A DNA stretch of 64,000 nucleotides from Sediminibacterium sp. (GTDB taxonomy: Bacteria; Bacteroidota; Bacteroidia; Chitinophagales; Chitinophagaceae): the NCBI GenBank assembly GCA_040403975.1, contig JBBAJS010000002.1, positions 98,703 to 162,702 of the forward strand. The letters are read 5' to 3'. The translations under genes and the position numbers were made by a program. Of the stretch, positions 57,150-64,000 are shown piece after piece. The notes below the pieces were generated by a model, which saw nothing but the letters and a program-made list of their open reading frames with translations, had not been told where the DNA came from and searched no databases. Every line of letters starts with the position of its first letter. Position 1 is the first letter of the stretch.

Positions 57150-58487
57150 ATGAGCATGACTTTCCACGATCTCAACCTCAATACCCCATTATTTTCTGCC
57201 TTAGATGATCTAGGTTTCACAACACCTACAACCATACAACACAAAGTATTTCCAATAGCTATGTCGGGTAAAGATGTTTGTGGAATTGCACAAACTGGAA
57301 CAGGCAAAACGATCGCCTATTTATTGCCTTGTTTAAAACAGTGGAAGTTCACCAAGAATAAAGATCCTCAAATATTAATTGTAGTGCCAACAAGAGAATT
57401 GGTGGTTCAGGTGGTTGAATCAGTAAAAAAATTAACCCCCTATCTAAGCTTGATTGTTAAAGGGGTATTTGGAGGAGTAAATATCAATACACAGGCATTG
57501 GATTTGGAAGTAGGTGCAGATATTATTGTAGCAACACCCGGTCGTTTTTTTGATTTGGCTATGAATGGTGCGTTCAAAACAAAATTCATTAAAAAATTGG
57601 TGATTGATGAAGTAGATGAAATGTTGAATTTAGGTTTTCGAACTCAGCTTAGAAATATCATGGATCTATTGCCGGATAAAAGACAAAACTTATTGTTCTC
57701 TGCAACTATTACTCCAGAGGTAGAAGAATTGATGGAAACTTATTTTAATGCGCCTGTAAGAGTAGAAGCTGCTCCAACAGGAACACCTTTGGAAAATATT
57801 GAACAATCATTCTACGCTGTCCCTAATTTTTATACAAAAGTGAATTTACTCCAATATTTATTGGCGGAAGATGCAACGATGACCAAAGTGCTGGTTTTTA
57901 CTGCAACTAAAAAATTAGCAGATCAACTTTTTGAAGAATTAGAACCCAATTATCCTGGAGCTGCTGGAGTTATTCATTCTAATAAAGAACAGAACCATCG
58001 ATTCAATACTGTACGTCAATTTAAAGAAGGGGTTTATCGCTTTATTATTGCAACTGATATTGTTGCAAGAGGAATTGACATAGCCGAAGTAACGCATGTA
58101 ATTAATTTTGATACACCGGATGTTCCAGAAAATTATATACATCGAATTGGCAGAACAGGAAGATTCGATAAAAAAGGGATAGCAATTACTTTTACAACGG
58201 AGAAAGAAATTCCATTAAAAGATGCGATTGAAAACTTAATGAAATATTCAATACCTGAATGGCAATTACCTGATGGATTGCCCATTTCTGATATACTTAC
58301 TGAGGATGAAACGCCAAAAGTGTACATGAAAATTCCTTACATCAAGCCACCCAAAAAAGATGAACGTGGTCCTGCATTTCATCCAAAATCGGCTAAGAAC
58401 AGTAAGACCAATGTAAAAGTAAATCGGAAAGATGCCATGCAAAAAAAATATGGCAAGCCCATCAAAAGGGGTGCTAAGAAAAAATAA
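57150..58487 (+). CDS. DEAD-box ATP-dependent RNA helicase
   Basis: Q motif, AQTGTGKT, DEVD, SAT and HRIGRTGR motifs, with a basic C-terminal tail. Confidence 0.95.
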   Translation: MSMTFHDLNLNTPLFSALDDLGFTTPTTIQHKVFPIAMSGKDVCGIAQTGTGKTIAYLLPCLKQWKFTKNKDPQILIVVPTRELVVQVVESVKKLTPYLSLIVKGVFGGVNINTQALDLEVGADIIVATPGRFFDLAMNGAFKTKFIKKLVIDEVDEMLNLGFRTQLRNIMDLLPDKRQNLLFSATITPEVEELMETYFNAPVRVEAAPTGTPLENIEQSFYAVPNFYTKVNLLQYLLAEDATMTKVLVFTATKKLADQLFEELEPNYPGAAGVIHSNKEQNHRFNTVRQFKEGVYRFIIATDIVARGIDIAEVTHVINFDTPDVPENYIHRIGRTGRFDKKGIAITFTTEKEIPLKDAIENLMKYSIPEWQLPDGLPISDILTEDETPKVYMKIPYIKPPKKDERGPAFHPKSAKNSKTNVKVNRKDAMQKKYGKPIKRGAKKK

Positions 58488-58495
58488 TTTTTATT

Positions 58496-59728
58496 TTAAA
58501 GTACCGCCAGTATTTTATTTCTTGCAATCAAACAAGCGCCTAAAATACCCGCTTTTTCTCCCAGCTTAGATAATTTGAGTTCTGTATCTGTATTAACTAA
58601 ACTCAAAGAATATTTATTAATGGCGCTTCTGGTGGGCAATCTTAAATAATCACCAGTCGCGGAAAGGGTTCCACCTAAGATAATTAATTCGGGATTAAAA
58701 ATATTAATTAATGCAGCCAGGCCTTTTCCTAATTTTTCACCAACTTCTGCTAAAAGTTCAATACACAAAACATCTTCATTCTGTGCAGCTTGAATTATGT
58801 CTGTTAAATTAATACTCTCTAATGTTTTATTTTTCTTAATTAATAAAGAGGTAGAACCTTGTTTGATTTTTTCTTTGAATTTTCTAATTACTGCTGTTCC
58901 TGAAGCTTCGGTTTCTAAACAACCTTTCTTGCCACAATGACAAATAATTTCATTGTCAAAAAAAGGAATATGTCCAAATTCACCACTAAAACCAGATTTG
59001 CCATAATACACTTTACTGTCAATTAAAATCCCCAGTCCAATTCCATAATCGATATTTACAAACAGTACGTTTTTCTCTGTGCTAACTTCACCAAAACAAA
59101 ATTCTCCAAAAGCCATTGCCCGGGAATCGTTTTCTAAAAAAGTCTTTATGCCAATTTCATTTTGGATAATAGCAGACAAGGGTTCTTCCTGAAAATGAAA
59201 AAAGCTATAACTATAACCAATGGTATTTTTAATTCTTCCAGATAGGTTAATGCCTAAACTCAATATTTTATCTTTCTTGATCGGAAGATCTTTTATAAAT
59301 CCTTGTATAATTTGTATCAATTGATTTAAGGATTCCTGGGTATTTTCTAATTTGTAAGGGATCCTATTTTTTTGGGTGACCAGGTGTTTTTTGAAATCGA
59401 GTAAGCCAATATTGATATAATATTTCTTTACATCCACCCCTAAAAAGAAACAGGCATCTGAAACCAGTCCATACATACTTGCTTTTCTACCTCCTGTGGA
59501 ATCAATTTTGCCATAGTCGCTGATCAGGCCTTCTTCAATTAATTCATTCACCAAACTGGTGGTTTTTGGAACGCTGATATTCAATTCTTTGCTCAATTCT
59601 GTGATGGAGCTGGATTCTGTTTGGTCTAAAAAGTTGAAAATCAGCTTTTTAAGTGCTTTATTTTTTAAAGCAACCCCAGAGGAATTGTCATCGCTAAATA
59701 CATCTTGTAATAAATGAGGTTTAGGCAT
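58496..59728 (-). CDS. ROK family transcriptional regulator
   Basis: N-terminal winged helix (SSITELSKELNISVPKTTSLVNELIEEGL) and the ROK zinc motif GHIP...CHCGKKGCLE. Confidence 0.85.
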   Translation of the reverse strand: MPKPHLLQDVFSDDNSSGVALKNKALKKLIFNFLDQTESSSITELSKELNISVPKTTSLVNELIEEGLISDYGKIDSTGGRKASMYGLVSDACFFLGVDVKKYYINIGLLDFKKHLVTQKNRIPYKLENTQESLNQLIQIIQGFIKDLPIKKDKILSLGINLSGRIKNTIGYSYSFFHFQEEPLSAIIQNEIGIKTFLENDSRAMAFGEFCFGEVSTEKNVLFVNIDYGIGLGILIDSKVYYGKSGFSGEFGHIPFFDNEIICHCGKKGCLETEASGTAVIRKFKEKIKQGSTSLLIKKNKTLESINLTDIIQAAQNEDVLCIELLAEVGEKLGKGLAALINIFNPELIILGGTLSATGDYLRLPTRSAINKYSLSLVNTDTELKLSKLGEKAGILGACLIARNKILAVL

Positions 59729-59896
59729 CAGCTAAAATTGGGTAGTTTTTGAGCTACAATTTAGTCATATTAATAAAATATAGAGATAAAAATTGCCTAG
59801 TAAATAAAAAATATTACAAAGTATTAGTTTGTTTGTAAAAAATTTATGATATTGTAACCGATTTTAACAAATCCTTTAAAAACTCAACGAGGATAC

Positions 59897-61090
59897 ATGC
59901 TGCCAACTACTGCCATTGCTGACCCTATTCAAGCTATGAAAAGCTATGCTGCTCAGTATAAAAATGAATTATTGGAAGGGATACTTCCTTTTTGGATGAA
60001 ACACAGTGTAGATACCAAAAACGGGGGTTTTTTTACTTGCTTGGATCAATTTGGAAAAGTTTACGATACGGATAAGTTTATTTGGTTACAAGGAAGACAG
60101 GTTTGGTGTTTTGCTTATATGTATAATAATATAGAGGCTAAACAAGAATGGCTGGATATAGCAAAACATGGTGCAGATTTTTTAATCAAACATGGTAGAG
60201 ACGAAAACGGGAATTGGTATTTTTCTTTAAATGCCGAAGGCAAACCATTGGTGCAACCCTACAATATTTTTAGTGATTGTTTTGCAACCATGGCTTTTGC
60301 AGCATTAGATAAAGCAACTCCATCTGATGAATACAAAAAAATTGCGCTTGATACTTTTGAAAATATCTTAAAGCGCAGAAAAAATACTAAAGGCAATTAC
60401 AATAAAAGTTTTCCTGGTACAAGAGCGCTCAAAAATTTTAGCTTACCAATGATTCTTTGCAATCTATCATTGGAATTAGAACATTTATTAGGAGCAAAAA
60501 GAGTGAATGAATTTATTCCTGAAATTATTCATGAAGTGATGGAGGTTTTTTATCAACCCGATTTAGGATTGGTTTTAGAAAACGTTTATGAAGATGGTTC
60601 ATTCTCAGATAGTTTCGAAGGTCGTTTACTCAATCCAGGACATACCATTGAAGCGATGTGGTTTATTATGGATTTAGGTAAAAGACTCAACGACCAGGCA
60701 TTGATTAGCCGAGCTAATAACATTATGTTGGATACCCTGGAATACGGGTGGGATAAGGAACATGGTGGTATTTTTTATTTTTTAGATGTGAAAGGTCATC
60801 CTACTCAGCAACTAGAGTGGGATCAGAAATTATGGTGGGTTCATGTTGAAGCATTGGTGGCATTAGCTAAAGGATATTCACTCACGCATGATATTAGATG
60901 TGTAGAATGGTTCGAAAAACTGCATGCTTATACTTGGAACAATTTTAAGGATAATGAATATGGTGAATGGTTTGGATATTTAAATAGAAGAGGAGAAGTG
61001 TTGTTGCCATTAAAAGGAGGTAAATGGAAAGGATGTTTTCATATTCCTCGTTCATTGTATCAAGTTTGGAAAACACTAGAATCATTATAA
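59897..61090 (+). CDS. N-acylglucosamine 2-epimerase (AGE) family protein
   Basis: 397 aa with alpha/alpha-barrel family motifs (FWMKHSVD, LWWVHVEAL, KGCFHIPR). Confidence 0.8.
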   Translation: MLPTTAIADPIQAMKSYAAQYKNELLEGILPFWMKHSVDTKNGGFFTCLDQFGKVYDTDKFIWLQGRQVWCFAYMYNNIEAKQEWLDIAKHGADFLIKHGRDENGNWYFSLNAEGKPLVQPYNIFSDCFATMAFAALDKATPSDEYKKIALDTFENILKRRKNTKGNYNKSFPGTRALKNFSLPMILCNLSLELEHLLGAKRVNEFIPEIIHEVMEVFYQPDLGLVLENVYEDGSFSDSFEGRLLNPGHTIEAMWFIMDLGKRLNDQALISRANNIMLDTLEYGWDKEHGGIFYFLDVKGHPTQQLEWDQKLWWVHVEALVALAKGYSLTHDIRCVEWFEKLHAYTWNNFKDNEYGEWFGYLNRRGEVLLPLKGGKWKGCFHIPRSLYQVWKTLESL

Positions 61091-61093
61091 AAG

Positions 61094-62974
61094 TTGATTA
61101 ATCAATTACGATATTATTTTTCGCTTCTGTTAATACTAACAGCTAGTTCATTGTTTGCTCAAACCATTCAAACAGATGTTTTAGTCATTGGTGGAGGAGC
61201 AAGTGGTGTATCCGCAGGATTACAAGCTGGTAGGCTAGGTGTAAAAACAATTATTGCAGAACCTACAACATGGCTTGGCGGAATGATTACTTCAGCTGGT
61301 GTATCTGCATTTGATGGCAATCATAATATGCCTTCCGGAATTTTTGGAGAATTTAGAAGTCAATTATATAAAGTATACGGAGGCCCAAGTAAAGTAGCTA
61401 CTGGTTGGGTAAGTATGACACAGTTTGAACCGCATGTTGGAGATAGTATTTTTAAAAAATTAGTGGCAGGCGTTCCAACTTTACAAGTAATGTTCAATCA
61501 TCAGTTTATGAAAGTGATGAAAAAGAACAATACCATTATTGGAGCTTTGTTTCGCAATAAACAAAACAATCGAACCATCACTGTTTACGCCAAGCAAGTG
61601 ATTGATGCAACCGAATTAGGAGATGTATTTGCCAATGCGGGTGTGCCATACGATCTGGGAATGGAAGCCAGTAGTATTTCTGGAGAAAATGTTGGTGTGG
61701 AACTTTCTAATGATATTATTCAAGACATTACTTACACTGCTATTTTAAAAGATTATGGCAAAGGAAAAGATTGCACTATTGTAAAACCTGCAGGTTATGA
61801 TCCTAGAGAATTTGATGGAGCGTGTACAGATTACTACATAGATAAAACGCGTAAAGCACCCAATGTAGATGGTAAGAAAATGTTGGACTACGGAAAATTG
61901 CCGAACCAAAAATACATGATCAACTGGCCAGGATATGGTAACGACATTTATTTGAATGTAGTTGAATTAGATGAAGCGGCTAGACAAAAAGAATTGGTGA
62001 AAGCAAAAGAGCAAACATTGCGTTTTGTATATTTTATTCAAAATCAATTAGGGTTTAAAAATTTGGGTTTTGCTGACGACGAATTTCCAACAAAGGATCG
62101 ATTCCCTTTAATTCCTTATTATAGAGAAGGTAGAAGAGTCAAGGGCTTAGTTAGATTTAACATCAAACATATTGCCAATCCTTTTGGCGGCGATATGCAT
62201 CTTAATAGAACCGGAATAGCAGTGGGCGATTATCCAATTGATCATCACCATCGAAAAAATCCAAGCGCCCCCCAACATTTGGATTTTTATCCGGTTCCTT
62301 CATTTAATATTCCGCTAGGATCTTTAATACCAGCAGGTTTCAATGGATTGATTGTAGCGGAAAAAGGCATTAGTGTTTCCAATATTGTAAATGGTACAAC
62401 TCGTTTACAACCATCTGTAGTATTAATTGGACAAGCAGCAGGAACATTGGCGGCCCTCTCTGTTAAACAATCAGCGAATGCTGCTTCTATTTCAGTAAGA
62501 ACTGTTCAAACAAGTTTATTAAAATCGGGCGCATACATCATGCCTTATTTTGATGTTCCATTAACACATCCTGATTTTTTGGTAGCTCAACGAATTGGAG
62601 CTACAGATATTTTAAAAGGAAAAGGTGTTCCACATAATTGGGCCAATCAAACTTTTTTTTATCCTGATTCTTTGGTGAATACAATGACTTTAGCAAAAGA
62701 CTTGGAATTGATTTTTAAAAAACCGTTCATCATAAAAAATGAACAATTAATGATAGATGATGCAATGAATATTTTAGTGCAGTTGTCTGCTGTTCTATCA
62801 AAAGAAAAAAACAATATTATAACTAAAGAAAAAATAGTACAACAAATTGGTAAAGATTGGAAAGAAGGAGATGCATTAACAAGGATTCAGTTTGCCAAAT
62901 TGCTCGACCAAACAATACACCCATTTGAAAAAATGGACGTAGATCACAAAGGATTTTTTAAACAGACATACTAA
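61094..62974 (+). CDS. Secreted FAD-dependent oxidoreductase (PUL-associated type)
   Basis: Signal peptide, then DVLVIGGGASGVSAG. Only a TTG (61094) precedes the signal peptide in frame. The gap to the upstream gene is 3 nt. Confidence 0.7.
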   Translation: MINQLRYYFSLLLILTASSLFAQTIQTDVLVIGGGASGVSAGLQAGRLGVKTIIAEPTTWLGGMITSAGVSAFDGNHNMPSGIFGEFRSQLYKVYGGPSKVATGWVSMTQFEPHVGDSIFKKLVAGVPTLQVMFNHQFMKVMKKNNTIIGALFRNKQNNRTITVYAKQVIDATELGDVFANAGVPYDLGMEASSISGENVGVELSNDIIQDITYTAILKDYGKGKDCTIVKPAGYDPREFDGACTDYYIDKTRKAPNVDGKKMLDYGKLPNQKYMINWPGYGNDIYLNVVELDEAARQKELVKAKEQTLRFVYFIQNQLGFKNLGFADDEFPTKDRFPLIPYYREGRRVKGLVRFNIKHIANPFGGDMHLNRTGIAVGDYPIDHHHRKNPSAPQHLDFYPVPSFNIPLGSLIPAGFNGLIVAEKGISVSNIVNGTTRLQPSVVLIGQAAGTLAALSVKQSANAASISVRTVQTSLLKSGAYIMPYFDVPLTHPDFLVAQRIGATDILKGKGVPHNWANQTFFYPDSLVNTMTLAKDLELIFKKPFIIKNEQLMIDDAMNILVQLSAVLSKEKNNIITKEKIVQQIGKDWKEGDALTRIQFAKLLDQTIHPFEKMDVDHKGFFKQTY

Positions 62975-62993
62975 CTAAACAAAACGATCGCTT

Positions 62994-64000
62994 ATGAAAA
63001 AATTACTGCTCTCGTGCTGTTTACTACTAATGATTATTGGTAGTGCAGTAGCGCAACAAATTAGGGTTGCGGGAAGAGTTACAAGTGCCGGTTCCGGAAA
63101 TGCCGCTGAAGGCATATCGGTATTGGTAAAAGGAGCTAAATCTGGAACAGCTACCAGTGCAACTGGTGATTATGGTATCCTAGTAAATAAAGATGCTACA
63201 CTTGTATTCTCAGGAATTGGTTTTGCTTCTCAGGAAGTAAAAGTTACAGGTCCTACATTAGATATTGTATTACAAGTTACTGTAGGTGATATGGGTGAAG
63301 TGGTGGTGGTAGGTTACGGTGCTCAAAAAAGAGCCAGCTTAACTGGTTCATTGGTAACCTTAAACAACGCTACATTAAATCGCCGTCAAGTAACAAGCAC
63401 AAGCCAGGCATTACAAGGTCTTGCGCCAGGTGTTACGGTGCAACAGCAATCAGGTAAGCCAGGTGCCGATGGTGCAAGTATCGTAATTCGCGGACAGGGT
63501 TCAATCTCTGGTAGCAATGCTCCATTGATTATTGTGGATGGATTGGCTATTGGTGCATTAGATCAAATCGATCCAAATGCTATTGAAAGTATCACTCTTT
63601 TAAAAGATGCTGCATCTACTGCTATTTATGGTAACCGTGCTTCTGGTGGTGTTGTTTTAGTGAAAACAAAAAGAGCATCTGAAAAGGGATTAAAGTTAAG
63701 TTATAATGCTTTTGTGTCAAAGCAAGTAGCAACTGCAATTCCTGATCGAGTGAGTGCTATCGACCACATGACTTTGAGCAATGCGGCAGAACAAAATCGT
63801 ACAGGTAATCCTGCTGCTGTTGTATTCCCTCAAACTTTGATTGATCGATATAGAACTACTCCAGCAAATAATTTGGATATCATTGATACCGATTGGTTGA
63901 AGGAAGTATTTACTAATAATGGAATGTTGCAAAACCACAACGTTCAATTATCTACTTCAACAGATAAAATCAATTTATTTGGTTCATTTACTTATTTGAA
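62994..64000 (+). CDS. SusC/RagA-family TonB-dependent outer membrane receptor, N-terminal fragment (runs off the window)
   Basis: Not in the ORF track because no stop lies within the window. My own translation gives MKKLLLSCCLLLMIIGSAVAQQIRVAGRVTS... (CarbopepD_reg-like domain), then a plug region (VVVVGYGAQKRASLTGS, IVIRGQGS, ITLLKDAASTAIYG). Confidence 0.85.
   Translation, partial: MKKLLLSCCLLLMIIGSAVAQQIRVAGRVTSAGSGNAAEGISVLVKGAKSGTATSATGDYGILVNKDATLVFSGIGFASQEVKVTGPTLDIVLQVTVGDMGEVVVVGYGAQKRASLTGSLVTLNNATLNRRQVTSTSQALQGLAPGVTVQQQSGKPGADGASIVIRGQGSISGSNAPLIIVDGLAIGALDQIDPNAIESITLLKDAASTAIYGNRASGGVVLVKTKRASEKGLKLSYNAFVSKQVATAIPDRVSAIDHMTLSNAAEQNRTGNPAAVVFPQTLIDRYRTTPANNLDIIDTDWLKEVFTNNGMLQNHNVQLSTSTDKINLFGSFTYL

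Noticed and set aside
1-64000. CRISPR arrays, transposases, integrases, toxin-antitoxin pairs, restriction-modification or other defence islands.
   Set aside because: I saw no regularly spaced direct repeats, no recombinase or transposase motifs in any ORF, and no small paired ORFs of toxin-antitoxin type. Essentially every ORF over 200 nt is accounted for as a real gene or a shadow ORF.

Overview
This 64 kb window looks like core chromosome of an AT-rich Bacteroidota genome. The evidence for that placement is a 2420-aa SprA (T9SS translocon), a SusC-type TonB receptor, TTTG-N19/20-TAnnTTTG promoters, no Shine-Dalgarno signals and very tight gene packing. I support about 58 protein genes, namely: the end of the division cluster (ftsA fragment, ftsZ); dnaA; recN; ruvA; gatC; fabI, fabD and fabH; futalosine genes mqnD and mqnB; folE with two tandem PTPS/QueD paralogs; photolyase; an OmpA-family porin; three ABC transporter sets; and two GH5 hydrolases. 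There are also two tRNAs (Ser-GCU, Pro-UGG), several intrinsic terminators and two consensus promoters. I saw no CRISPR array, transposase, integrase, prophage or recognisable defence island. The best candidate for an undescribed system is the divergent cluster at about 3.6-13.4 kb. Leftward it encodes GH5, an ABC ATPase and an ABC-2 permease. Rightward it encodes a polytopic histidine kinase, a BcsB-like anchored periplasmic protein, a processive GT2 synthase and a 522-aa polytopic membrane protein. The synthase carries an N-terminal T2SSE_N/MshEN-like domain and has no PilZ domain. This is a cellulose-synthase-like exopolysaccharide machine with non-canonical composition. Secondary items: a DUF3127 protein ending in an SSB-like acidic tip (DDLPF); a terminator-backed 26-codon hydrophobic mini-ORF; a hairpin-rich, GC-enriched module 3' of tRNA-Pro; tandem Cys+Glu PTPS paralogs coupled to folE; a reversed, split 5'-nucleotidase with different export signals; an FtsZ with a long disordered linker and an internalised C-terminal peptide; and a truncated ROK/AGE/FAD-oxidoreductase/SusC locus at the right edge. 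All family calls come from reading motifs in the translations. No database search was run.
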